Of a stretch of DNA of 63,810 bases, positions 10,904 through 20,277 are shown piece after piece. The number at the start of each line of letters is the position of its first letter. Position 1 is the first letter of the stretch. The stretch is from Fibrobacterales bacterium (GTDB taxonomy: Bacteria; Fibrobacterota; Fibrobacteria; Fibrobacterales; JAOPTW01): assembly GCA_051532055.1 (NCBI GenBank), contig JAOPTX010000021.1, forward strand, positions 1 through 63,810, written 5' to 3'. A model generated the notes under the pieces. The model ran no database searches and was not told the DNA's origin. It was given only the letters and a program-made list of their open reading frames with translations. The translations under genes were made by a program, and so were the position numbers.

Positions 10904-11467
10904 ATGGAACGGTTATCGAGTGAGGCAGAACAGTACTTGATTGCTCTTGCCCACAAAGCGGTTTCAAGTTGGGTTGCTGATAATGTTGCACCTGATGTTG
11001 ATCGCGAATCAATGCCACATGAATTACTTGAATTGGGGGCTGTCTTTGTGACGTTGCACAAGCAAGGTGCGCTGCGCGGTTGCATTGGTCATACGGCTCC
11101 TATACAACCCCTCTATGAAGACGTTATTGAAAATGCTCGAAATGCTGCATTGGGTGATCCACGCTTTCCTCCAGTAGTAGCAAGTGAACTACCGGAGATT
11201 GCCATTGAGGTGTCGCACATGGCGCCATTTTCTTTATTTGAGTATACTACCATAGAGGGGCTTTGCACTTTTCTTGATGCAGAACATCCTGGTGTTATGA
11301 TCAGAGATGATGCAAAACGTGCTCTTTTTTTGCCACAGGTATGGGAACAACTTCCTAAATCGGACCAGTTCCTTGGGCAACTCTGTATAAAGGCTGGTCT
11401 TTCTCGTTTAGACTGGAAATTGGGTAAATTGGAAGTCTCTATTAATAGTGTAGTGAAATACCGGTAA
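10904..11467 (+). CDS. amrA: AmmeMemoRadiSam system protein A (AMMECR1-like)
   Basis: GAVFVTL, LRGCIG, DPRFPPV, LFLPQVW, LCIKAG; GAGGAGG RBS before ATG 10904. Confidence 0.92.
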   Translation: MERLSSEAEQYLIALAHKAVSSWVADNVAPDVDRESMPHELLELGAVFVTLHKQGALRGCIGHTAPIQPLYEDVIENARNAALGDPRFPPVVASELPEIAIEVSHMAPFSLFEYTTIEGLCTFLDAEHPGVMIRDDAKRALFLPQVWEQLPKSDQFLGQLCIKAGLSRLDWKLGKLEVSINSVVKYR

Positions 11468-11515
11468 GAGAAGAACCAATTTGTTATCTTTTTCTAAAAC
11501 TTTACCTCTGGATAC

Positions 11516-12481
11516 ATGTCGGATATCATACTTTCAGTAAACGAACTTTCAGTGAGCTTTACCAGTCATAACCATACCAAAACTGTTGTTGAGGCAATAT
11601 CTTTTGACCTCATAAGAGGGAAAACCTTGGGTGTTGTTGGAGAGTCTGGCTCGGGGAAGTCGGTTACTGCCAATGCGATAATGGGCTTTGTCCCCTTTAT
11701 GGGTGGTAAAGTCGATCAAGGGACCATTGAGTATTATGGTGACAATATGCTCGATTTTAATCAGGGTCAGTATCGCAAAATTCGTGGTGGAAAAATTGGT
11801 ATGGTGTTTCAAGATCCAATGACCGCTCTCAATCCCCTTATTAAAGTCGGGGAACAGGTGGCCGAAGTACTGCGTCAACACAAACCAAAATTATCAAAAT
11901 CAGAAGTTAAAAAGAGAGTTATTGATTTTTTTAATGAGGTGGATATCCCGTACGCCGAGCAACGGTATAGCGAGTTTCCTCATCAGCTGTCAGGAGGTAT
12001 GCGTCAACGGGTTGTTATTGCAATTGCAATGATCTGTGAACCGGATATTATCATTGCTGATGAGCCCACAACTGCACTTGATGTGACGGTACAATTACAA
12101 ATATTGAAATTACTCAAACGGTTGCAGGTTGAGAAAGGGGTAGCGGTACTATTTATATCCCATAGTCTTGATGTAATACGTGAAGTAGCAGATACTGTGC
12201 TGGTCATGTATGCAGGGAATGCCCTTGAAAAAGCTCCGGTCCATGAAATATTTGAAAACCCACAACATCCATATACTCGTGCGCTTTTAAAGTCGATACC
12301 CTGTCTCGAAACACCAGTTGAACGGCTTCCTACTATCAGTGATTCTATCCCGGCTTTAAAAATGGCCTCGGCATATGAACGTTCTGTAGTTATTGACCCA
12401 CATGATATGGTTGAAGTGGGTGAAGGTCATATCATTCATAATTATCACAATGATAAGAGGTTCGCCGATGTTAGATGTTAA
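11516..12481 (+). CDS. Second DppD/OppD-like ABC ATPase
   Basis: GESGSGKS, FQDPMTALNP, LSGGMRQR, HPYT. Confidence 0.93.
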   Translation: MSDIILSVNELSVSFTSHNHTKTVVEAISFDLIRGKTLGVVGESGSGKSVTANAIMGFVPFMGGKVDQGTIEYYGDNMLDFNQGQYRKIRGGKIGMVFQDPMTALNPLIKVGEQVAEVLRQHKPKLSKSEVKKRVIDFFNEVDIPYAEQRYSEFPHQLSGGMRQRVVIAIAMICEPDIIIADEPTTALDVTVQLQILKLLKRLQVEKGVAVLFISHSLDVIREVADTVLVMYAGNALEKAPVHEIFENPQHPYTRALLKSIPCLETPVERLPTISDSIPALKMASAYERSVVIDPHDMVEVGEGHIIHNYHNDKRFADVRC

Positions 12482-13343
12482 GAACCTTTATGTGAAGTAT
12501 GCAAGTGGAAATAAGGTCATTCGAGCAGTTGAAGATGTGAGCCTTAGTATCCGGCCCGGTGAGACTTTAGGACTTGTTGGTGAATCAGGTTGTGGTAAAA
12601 GTTCAGTTGGGCGCGCTGTCGTTAAGTTGGAAAAAATAGACTATGGAAAAATTATTTATAATGGTGTAGATCTTAATAAAATAAGTAGTGCAAAGCTAAA
12701 GAAATATAGGAATAAGATCCAGATTATTTTCCAAGATCCCTACTCCTCTCTAAATCCAAAAATGACTATTGGCTCTATATTAGCGGAAGCGGGTGATGCT
12801 TTTGAAAAAAAAGCAGATATAATGGGGTATGTCAGAATGCTCCTCCGGACTGTTGAATTACCTGAAGACTCCATTAATCGCTATCCCCATGAATTTTCTG
12901 GAGGGCAACGACAACGCATTGGTATTGCGCGGGCATTGGCTGTTAAACCAGAATTTATTGTATGTGATGAAGTGGTTTCTTCACTTGATGTCTCGGTGCA
13001 AGCACAGGTATTGAATCTACTCAAAGATCTTCAGCGCGATCGTGGGTTGAGCTACCTTTTTATATCCCATGATCTTGGCGTAGTACGCAATGTATCACAT
13101 CGCGTAGCAGTAATGTATTTTGGTAAGATTGTTGAAGTGGCCAATACTGAAGAGTTATTTACTAATCCGCTTCACCCATATACAAAGCTGCTGTTGAGTT
13201 CAATACCGGGTAAACATCACTATCGTGATATTGAGATTGGTCAAAAGGAATTTTTAGCGGGTCCTAAAGTATGGGAAGTCTATAAAGGTGATGTTCCTGC
13301 AATTAAAGAACAGTCACCTGGCCATTGGGTTCGTGAATTTTAG
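12468..13343 (+). CDS. Second DppF/OppF-like ABC ATPase
   Basis: [26 protein letters not shown]; start chosen at MLDVKNL. Confidence 0.92.
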   Translation: MLDVKNLYVKYASGNKVIRAVEDVSLSIRPGETLGLVGESGCGKSSVGRAVVKLEKIDYGKIIYNGVDLNKISSAKLKKYRNKIQIIFQDPYSSLNPKMTIGSILAEAGDAFEKKADIMGYVRMLLRTVELPEDSINRYPHEFSGGQRQRIGIARALAVKPEFIVCDEVVSSLDVSVQAQVLNLLKDLQRDRGLSYLFISHDLGVVRNVSHRVAVMYFGKIVEVANTEELFTNPLHPYTKLLLSSIPGKHHYRDIEIGQKEFLAGPKVWEVYKGDVPAIKEQSPGHWVREF

Positions 13344-13379
13344 TGGTGTTCTCTTGAATGAGGCCACTAAAAGATACTA

Positions 13380-13997
13380 TTAATTGCAGTTGTTATTCAT
13401 GAGGTGCATCAGGCGTTTATACATTTGAGTTGCATTGGTATTTAAATTGTCTCTTGAGTAGTCGCCCCAAGAACGGAGAAGTATCTGTCGATATTTTCTC
13501 TTTTTCGCATCCCAGTGATAGGCAAACCAGTTGAGGTCGCCCTGGTTATATGAAGTGTTTCTTGATTCTGATAAAGGGCCTACAGCTGAGAGAGCTATAT
13601 AAGGAAAGAGATCAGCTATATCCTCTTTTGGGATTCGGCAGAGGTGGTCTTTTGCTCTTCTAAAATTGTGAAAAAGTGCATCTTTACTGATGTATCCATT
13701 CTTTGGTTGTATTAAACCTTTCTCGCCTTTTTTGATATCATAGGTGAAAATGTTTCCAGAACTATCAATAAATTGTCCGGTGTTTTCATAGGCCCAGCTA
13801 TCGTTCTTGTAAGAAAAATGGAATAGTATTTTGTCGGTTATTACAATTTCATCATTAATAGATCTTTTAAGAAGAACATTAGGGTCTATATCAGGGTCTT
13901 TACATGCAAGGAGGCTCAAAATGAGGCCACAGCCAACGAGTATTTTTTTCAAAGGTGTTCCTTCTGTTGGTGTATTTTGCGAAATAGATGGTGCCAT
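13380..13997 (-). CDS. Hypothetical lipoprotein
   Basis: KK + hydrophobic stretch + LLAC lipobox; no recognised domain; start uncertain. Confidence 0.7.
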   Translation of the reverse strand: MAPSISQNTPTEGTPLKKILVGCGLILSLLACKDPDIDPNVLLKRSINDEIVITDKILFHFSYKNDSWAYENTGQFIDSSGNIFTYDIKKGEKGLIQPKNGYISKDALFHNFRRAKDHLCRIPKEDIADLFPYIALSAVGPLSESRNTSYNQGDLNWFAYHWDAKKRKYRQILLRSWGDYSRDNLNTNATQMYKRLMHLMNNNCN

Positions 13998-14112
13998 TTC
14001 GATTGTCTGCTAAATGTTGTTACCTGATAATTTAATCTTTATACAATTAAATCCTACTACTTTTTTCTAATATTATATGGCAACGACTTAAAATTTAACA
14101 TTCTAATAAAAA

Positions 14113-15255
14113 ATGACATTACTGAGGGATAAAATGGCTTCAACTTTTACAATTACTATAGATTCTGTAGCTACTGGAGGTGCGGGAGTTGGACGCCTTG
14201 ATGGCCGTGCTGTTTTTGTTCCTTATACTGTGCCAGGTGATGTGTGCCGAGTGTCGGCTGTTAAAACAAAAAAACGATTTATGATCGCTAAACTATTAGA
14301 GGTTATTGAGCCGTCGTCTCAAAGAATTACACCTCAGTGTAGACATTTTACCGTGTGTGGTGGTTGCGATTATCAGCATATTGCTTATGACGAACAGTGT
14401 CGGATTAAACAACAGCACATTCTAGACGCTCTTGAGCGCATCGGGAAAATCTCTCTCTCATTTGTGCCTGATGTTGTGCCTTCAGGTCCTTGGCACTATC
14501 GTAATAGGGCGCGGTTGCAAATAGCCAAGAAAAAAGGCAAGAGAGTTGCTGGGTTTAATAAGGATCAGTCCAATGAGATGGTACGTGTAGAGGAGTGCCC
14601 TGTTTTATGTGAGCCTCTTGAAAAACATGTATTGACCTATGATTGGGAAGAATATCCGAAGTCAAATGTAAGACTTTTTTCTGACGGTTCTGATGTGATT
14701 CAGCATGACGATCTATTCTCTATTTCTCTTTTGAATAAAGATGTGTTTCTATCAAATAGAGTCTTTTTTCAATCAAACTTAGAGCTTCTTCCTCAAATGA
14801 TATCCTATGCAATTGAGGGGGCGAGTGGTGCAGTTGCTATGGATCTATTTTCTGGAGTTGGTCTCTTTGCATTGTTTTTACAAGACCATTTTGAGCGGGT
14901 TATAGCGGTTGAGATTGATGACAAATGTCAGAAGATTGCAGAGAAGCATCTTGAAGAGCATGTAGAGCGGTATTACGAACCTGTTGAAAAATGGGTTAAA
15001 GACAATCGAGAAACGGCTGTGGATTTTCTGCTTGTTGATCCGCCTCGACAAGGGGTTGATGTGGAGACGGTCAATCATATTTTGTCAGTAAAGCCTCAAT
15101 TAATTGTCTACGTGTCGTGCGACCCCGTTACCATGGCAAGAGATCTTGCATTGCTTACTGAAAGTCAGTATGAAGTTACTGACATGAAGGGGTTTGATAT
15201 GTTTCCTCAAACGAGTCATATTGAGTGTGTTGCCAAATTAAAAAGAGTTAATTAG
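14113..15255 (+). CDS. TRAM-domain RNA (uracil-5)-methyltransferase, RlmD/TrmA family
   Basis: TRAM N-terminus, C..F..CGGC, FFQ.N, DLFSGVG, DPPR, YVSCDP, DMFPQTSHIE. Confidence 0.92.
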   Translation: MTLLRDKMASTFTITIDSVATGGAGVGRLDGRAVFVPYTVPGDVCRVSAVKTKKRFMIAKLLEVIEPSSQRITPQCRHFTVCGGCDYQHIAYDEQCRIKQQHILDALERIGKISLSFVPDVVPSGPWHYRNRARLQIAKKKGKRVAGFNKDQSNEMVRVEECPVLCEPLEKHVLTYDWEEYPKSNVRLFSDGSDVIQHDDLFSISLLNKDVFLSNRVFFQSNLELLPQMISYAIEGASGAVAMDLFSGVGLFALFLQDHFERVIAVEIDDKCQKIAEKHLEEHVERYYEPVEKWVKDNRETAVDFLLVDPPRQGVDVETVNHILSVKPQLIVYVSCDPVTMARDLALLTESQYEVTDMKGFDMFPQTSHIECVAKLKRVN

Positions 15256-15287
15256 CGCTTAGTATGTATGGAGTGTTCATTTGATGA

Positions 15288-16487
15288 TTAGGTTTCAACC
15301 TCTCTTGGCATTGAGGGGTCAATACCATCTCGCCAAATATTGAAGAGTCGTTGGTTCCATTGTCGTTCTTCGTTAGTGACGACTTGATCCTCTGGAAGAC
15401 TTGCATAATACTTCTCTAAATTGGTCTTCTCTTCATTTGCTTTCAGTGACTCACTGAGGACCATATGGAGAATTATGATGAAATAATAACATCGTGTAAT
15501 CATAGCACGGGTGTTGTTGGGGTCTTTGAGTTGATCTTTAAAGTTTTTAAGGGCAAGAGCGGCCATTTCTTGAAGCCGCTTGCGATCAAGTACTCCGATA
15601 TAAATTCGGACAAGTCCAATTTGCGCGTATACTCCTTTCTTATTACCTTGGGCGAGTCCATTGGCACATTTTTCTGCTATTTGTAGGGTGATGATTGTTT
15701 CTTCATGGGTTCTTGATGCTTTGTCGAAGTTGTGCACCATTTCATTGTGTTCTTTCTCAACCATTCTTTTTCGAGCAGCTATTCCTTGCCCCAGCACTTT
15801 TTTTGCATCTTGCTGGTAGGGAAAAATGGAATGTATCACTTTTTTTGAGAAGTCATTAGGGTCTGAGGAGGCAAAGAGACATGAAGGACATATGGATACA
15901 AGGTTTCGTAAAAAGTCCCATTGTTGAAATCCTGGCTTTGCATTATATTCAGGGTAAAAACCTGCGTTCCAGTCTTCTGTATAGGCTTCTAGTTTGGGTA
16001 CAAATACACGAACTTGGTCATATCCACAAATGTAGCACTTTTTAATGTGGACATCATAGGGTTGGTTCTTGGCGTGGGTAACGATTTCATCAGGGATGTC
16101 AGCTTGAGACTTAATAAGGATTTCTCTCTCGAGAATTTGTGTCTCTATAGATTTAATGAGCACACCTTTTACAATAGGCTTTTGTAGGTAGTCATCAGCC
16201 CCAAGGCGTATCATCTCTTGACGAGCGAGATTTTCGGGTTGTGATGATATTGCAATAATCTTCATGCCAGGGAATCGTTCTCGGATGTTGCGGATAGTTT
16301 GATACCCATCCATTTCGGGCATAATGAGGTCAACAAGGCAGAGTTGTGGTTCCCATGATCCAAGTTTTTGTAGTGCGTATCGGCCATTAGGGGCTGTATC
16401 GACCACATATCCAGCTTCTTCGAGAACTCTTGTGAAGCTCGTTAGAATAATTTGAGAATCATCTACTACAAGTATTTGAGAAGCCAT
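15288..16487 (-). CDS. Response regulator receiver fused to a DUF2225-like CxxC...CxxC/helical domain
   Basis: ILVVDD, DLIMPEMDG, YLQKP receiver motifs; then CYICG...ICPSCLFAS and helical C-terminus; no DNA-binding domain recognised. Confidence 0.75.
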   Translation of the reverse strand: MASQILVVDDSQIILTSFTRVLEEAGYVVDTAPNGRYALQKLGSWEPQLCLVDLIMPEMDGYQTIRNIRERFPGMKIIAISSQPENLARQEMIRLGADDYLQKPIVKGVLIKSIETQILEREILIKSQADIPDEIVTHAKNQPYDVHIKKCYICGYDQVRVFVPKLEAYTEDWNAGFYPEYNAKPGFQQWDFLRNLVSICPSCLFASSDPNDFSKKVIHSIFPYQQDAKKVLGQGIAARKRMVEKEHNEMVHNFDKASRTHEETIITLQIAEKCANGLAQGNKKGVYAQIGLVRIYIGVLDRKRLQEMAALALKNFKDQLKDPNNTRAMITRCYYFIIILHMVLSESLKANEEKTNLEKYYASLPEDQVVTNEERQWNQRLFNIWRDGIDPSMPREVET

Positions 16488-16595
16488 ATATCCGAAAAAG
16501 TTATTGTACCTACCCATTATATCGGATTAATTGGCTTGTGACATTAAAAAAATTTCATCTCACGATAAAATGTGCTTTTTTATGGAAAAAGAGGC

Positions 16596-17792
16596 CTAAT
16601 CGTCTCGTTGGGCCAGAATGATAATTGGGGTGTTGTTGTGGAGAGTGTAAAAGAGAATACCGTGACTATGGCTTCCTTTTTTAGGGGGCTTTGGAATTAT
16701 CTTTTTAATCTCTTGAGCGGGTTCAACACGAATCCCTCGCTTTTTTATGTCAAGAGTACCAATAGAGTGTTTTTTGACCATTTTTTTAACATGCTTGGTT
16801 CCGATCGGGCACGTGTCTATCACGCGATATCGCTTGAGCATTGAATGAGAAACGGGAGATTTTGATGTGCAGTAGGCAATGAGTGGGTCGATGAGTGTCA
16901 GATTAAGGTTTGTAATAAGTTGGTCAATTAGGTGGGCTCGGATAACCGATTTATAGGGTTCGTAAAGGTAGTTCTGTACGGTGGTGATGGGTGGTGCCTC
17001 TATTGAGCGGTCAATAGAGGCGCTCATGGTGTCGCCGGTGAGCACATTGACCGCAGTGACCGTTTTCTGAGGGGCTAAGGTGCCGGTCAAAAGGAGCATT
17101 TCGCGACATTCATCTCCTTCTCCTAGGTATTCGACTGCACAGTCAAAAGGGATTAATTCTAATGGTGTTGCGGGAGGCATTTTTACCATCGCACCAGAGT
17201 ATCGCGCTACAATATCTGCAATCTGTGGTATGGTGGGGACCAGGTCTTCAGGGTTCCAATTGCGACGACTGTTCTCTTTTGAGCGCCTGGAAGGGTCAAG
17301 AAACACGATATCGGCTTCAAGGGTAATGGTAGTGACATCGTCTTGAGTCACAGTGTAATTGGGGTGGAGTATGCTCATGTTGTGCTGATACATCGTTACT
17401 CGCTCGGGGCTGAGGTCAACTCCATGGACTGCTATTGATGGAGCAAGAAAGTAAGAATCACCGCCCATGCCACAACAAAAATCTGCAATGGATGTGGCGT
17501 CTTTACACTTGTCTGCTTTATACGATGCGGTTGCTTTGGAGGTTGATTGTTCGAGTGCTAGTTGATCGCAGAGGAGGAGTTCTTGTGTCTCATATTTTTT
17601 CCGAAACTTTGGAATTATTTTTAAGTATGATATTAGGGCGCTGCGTTCTTCGATAGAGAAGGTTTTGGCGAGTTTCGAAGCGAGGGTCAGGGCGTCTGAT
17701 TCTTTAAAATTTTTACTATATTCCTCGGCAGTTACTTTAGTCTGCTCTCGTTTGAGAAATTCGAGTTCTGAGAGTGAAAATTGGTGGGCCAT
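16596..17792 (-). CDS. Class I SAM-dependent methyltransferase with THUMP-like C-terminus
   Basis: LEQST, IADFCCGMGGD, FLDPSRR, YLYEP, IKKRG. Confidence 0.85.
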   Translation of the reverse strand: MAHQFSLSELEFLKREQTKVTAEEYSKNFKESDALTLASKLAKTFSIEERSALISYLKIIPKFRKKYETQELLLCDQLALEQSTSKATASYKADKCKDATSIADFCCGMGGDSYFLAPSIAVHGVDLSPERVTMYQHNMSILHPNYTVTQDDVTTITLEADIVFLDPSRRSKENSRRNWNPEDLVPTIPQIADIVARYSGAMVKMPPATPLELIPFDCAVEYLGEGDECREMLLLTGTLAPQKTVTAVNVLTGDTMSASIDRSIEAPPITTVQNYLYEPYKSVIRAHLIDQLITNLNLTLIDPLIAYCTSKSPVSHSMLKRYRVIDTCPIGTKHVKKMVKKHSIGTLDIKKRGIRVEPAQEIKKIIPKPPKKGSHSHGILFYTLHNNTPIIILAQRDD

Positions 17793-18176
17793 ATGACGTT
17801 CAAAGATGGGTGCAAGGTACTGGGTGTTGGTATTGACATCTCTTCAATTGCAAGAGTAGAAAAATCAGGTGATAAAACCATCGAAAAAATATTGACCCTA
17901 CCAGAGCGTGAGTATTGTGGTGACGGCCCCAAAAAATGGGAGCGCACTGCAGGAAGGTTCTCTGCTAAAGAGGCGATTTTGAAGGCACTCGGGACTGGCT
18001 GGGCCGAAGGAATTCAATGGAGTGATATTGAGATTCTTCCGGATGAGAAGGGGGCACCTCAGGCGGTTCTTACAGGCAAGGCTCAAGAGATTGCGACTTT
18101 AAAAGGTGGAACTGAAGTGCTCGTCAGTATTTCTCATGATGCAGGAATGGCGACTGCTATTGCGCTGTTACAATAA
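17793..18176 (+). CDS. acpS: Holo-ACP synthase
   Basis: GVGIDI, AGRFSAKEAILKALGTG, VSISHD. Confidence 0.95.
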   Translation: MTFKDGCKVLGVGIDISSIARVEKSGDKTIEKILTLPEREYCGDGPKKWERTAGRFSAKEAILKALGTGWAEGIQWSDIEILPDEKGAPQAVLTGKAQEIATLKGGTEVLVSISHDAGMATAIALLQ

Positions 18177-18247
18177 TATGACACGAATGTGGATTATTTT
18201 TTGCAAAATATATACATTAAGAACAGAATAATTTGTATTCTAGGTTT

Positions 18248-18628
18248 ATGGAATTGAAAAAAATAACCTGCCCTAAGTGCCAGCAGGAGGTCAAACTCAA
18301 GGAAGAAAATGAGAGTGACCTCATGATATTGGCCTGTAAATGTTGTGGATCATTCATGATGTATTACATGGGTGAAACCTTTGAAGTAGATGAAGTTGAA
18401 ATGCGCGATATGGCAGCCTCAAAAATGAAAGAGGTGACCTATACTATTCAACAGAACCCAGAAGGCGCTCACGTAGATTCTGAAGGTCGTAAAAATCAGC
18501 AAACCCTCCATAGTGTTGGGAGCCCTGTTCGAGACGACTATTTTAATCAAAGTGATATCAGTGATTTGCGTATAGAGTTGGAGTCTGCAACTGACTGTTT
18601 GGACTTTATTAAATCTCTCGAAGAATAA
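18248..18628 (+). CDS. Hypothetical protein with N-terminal Zn-ribbon
   Basis: CPKC-X18-CKCC, acidic C-terminus. Confidence 0.65.
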   Translation: MELKKITCPKCQQEVKLKEENESDLMILACKCCGSFMMYYMGETFEVDEVEMRDMAASKMKEVTYTIQQNPEGAHVDSEGRKNQQTLHSVGSPVRDDYFNQSDISDLRIELESATDCLDFIKSLEE

Positions 18629-18633
18629 GGCTT

Positions 18634-19356
18634 CTATTCAAACAGATCCAATGGAGCCTCTAGGCTTTTTGATGCGTTGGGTAACTGCCAATTAATTTCA
18701 CTTTTGCCATGCTCTTTTAAATAACTATTACACAGTGAAAAGTGATTTGACCCTAAGAAACCTCTATGTGCAGAAAAGGGAGAGGGGTGAGTCGTTTTGA
18801 GAATGCAGTGCTTTGATGCATCAATCAGGCTTTCTTTGCTGTGAGCATGACTTCCCCACAGTAGAAATACTACATCCTCTTTTTTTTGGTTGATCAATGA
18901 GATAATCGCGTCAGTAAAGGTTTCCCACCCATGGCCTGCATGAGATTTTGGGTCACTTTCGCGGACGGTCAGAGTGGTATTGAGGAGGAGCACCCCTTGG
19001 GTGGCCCAATTGGTAAGATCTCCATGAGTCACATGCGGGAATCCGAAATCTCGTTCAAGTTCTTTATAAATATTTTTTAAGGAAGGCGGAGGGCGTACAC
19101 CTGTTTGTACCGAAAACGCAAGACCATGTGCTTGCCCTGGTCCATGGTAGGGGTCTTGCCCAAGAATTACCACAGAGAGTTCATCGAAGTTAGTGTATTC
19201 AAATGCACTGCATACCATCTCTTTGGGAGGGTATGTTTTTTGGTGTGAACGCTCTGTAGCCATAAAAGATTCAAGGGTTTTAATGTAGGGCTTTTGGAGC
19301 TCATCTGTAAGTTTTGTTTGCCACGATTCAGGGAGGTTAATTTCACAATGTTTCAT
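18634..19356 (-). CDS. ung: Uracil-DNA glycosylase (family 1)
   Basis: GQDPYH, PPSLKNI, LLLN, HPSPFS. Confidence 0.97.
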   Translation of the reverse strand: MKHCEINLPESWQTKLTDELQKPYIKTLESFMATERSHQKTYPPKEMVCSAFEYTNFDELSVVILGQDPYHGPGQAHGLAFSVQTGVRPPPSLKNIYKELERDFGFPHVTHGDLTNWATQGVLLLNTTLTVRESDPKSHAGHGWETFTDAIISLINQKKEDVVFLLWGSHAHSKESLIDASKHCILKTTHPSPFSAHRGFLGSNHFSLCNSYLKEHGKSEINWQLPNASKSLEAPLDLFE

Positions 19357-19441
19357 GACCTAAGTATAGAAAAGCTCTCGAGTAATCGGTAGTCAATGAA
19401 CAAAGAGGATTGTAAGATGCCTCTCCTTTAGGGGGAGGGCG

Positions 19442-20083
19442 TTAGGCGATCCTGTGCATTTTTTTGTACTGCTCCCAGTTCTTTTTAAAATCATAAAAGG
19501 AGTCAAAGTCTGTTTGAGCAAGAAATGGATTTGCAGTTATTGCATCTTCGATAGTGGTGCTCGCCAGTTCGCCATAATGATGTCCCGGGAAAACTCGGGT
19601 CTGAGGAGGGAGGCGCATCAATATTGAATGTATTGAGTTGAACTCTTCTCGTGCGCTTTCTTCAGTAAAAGTGGGGCCTACACGGTCGGTAAAGAGTGTG
19701 TCGCCGGTAAATACTGCATCTCCTACAAATATGGATATAGACTCAGGAGTATGGCCGGGGGTGTGGAGAATGTGTAGTGTGAGGTTGCCCAAAGGAAGTT
19801 CGGTATTGTGAACAATTTTTTTGGTAGTGAGGAGCTCAGTATCTCCAAATGCGACAGGCTTAATAGCGGTATATTGTTCAATGAGTCCGTTGCCATTGGT
19901 GTGATCTTCATGGCCATGAGTGTTTAGAATGTACTCTATGGAAAATGAGTACTTTCGGGCGGTCTCGACAATAAGGAGTGGTGAAAATGACGGGTCAATA
20001 ACGCATGCCTTTCTACTCACCTCATCTGCTACAAGATAGCCGAGGTTTTTATCCCCACCCATCTCAAATTGTTTTACAAACAT
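19442..20083 (-). CDS. MBL-fold metallo-hydrolase (glyoxalase II/ETHE1-like)
   Basis: THGHEDH, HTPGHT, FTGDTLF, FPGH; GGAGG RBS before ATG 20083. Confidence 0.88.
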   Translation of the reverse strand: MFVKQFEMGGDKNLGYLVADEVSRKACVIDPSFSPLLIVETARKYSFSIEYILNTHGHEDHTNGNGLIEQYTAIKPVAFGDTELLTTKKIVHNTELPLGNLTLHILHTPGHTPESISIFVGDAVFTGDTLFTDRVGPTFTEESAREEFNSIHSILMRLPPQTRVFPGHHYGELASTTIEDAITANPFLAQTDFDSFYDFKKNWEQYKKMHRIA

Positions 20084-20224
20084 AAAACCTCCCATTAGGC
20101 TATTGTATCATAATCTATATTCGTTTTTGGTGAAATAGATGGTGGGGAAGTGTTTTTTGGGATTATTTAGGGGGTTTTTGAGGATTTGTTTTCAAATGAT
20201 GGACGCTGGTAATGTGTGGCTATT

Positions 20225-20264
20225 GCATCTCCTTAATATTTTAGATTTATTATTGAGGAGATGT
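20225..20264. terminator. Hairpin just downstream of the GH12-tipped lipoprotein gene
   Basis: GCATCTCCTTAATA...TATTGAGGAGATGT inverted repeat 13 nt past the stop. Confidence 0.55.
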
Positions 20265-20277
20265 TTTAATAGAAAGA

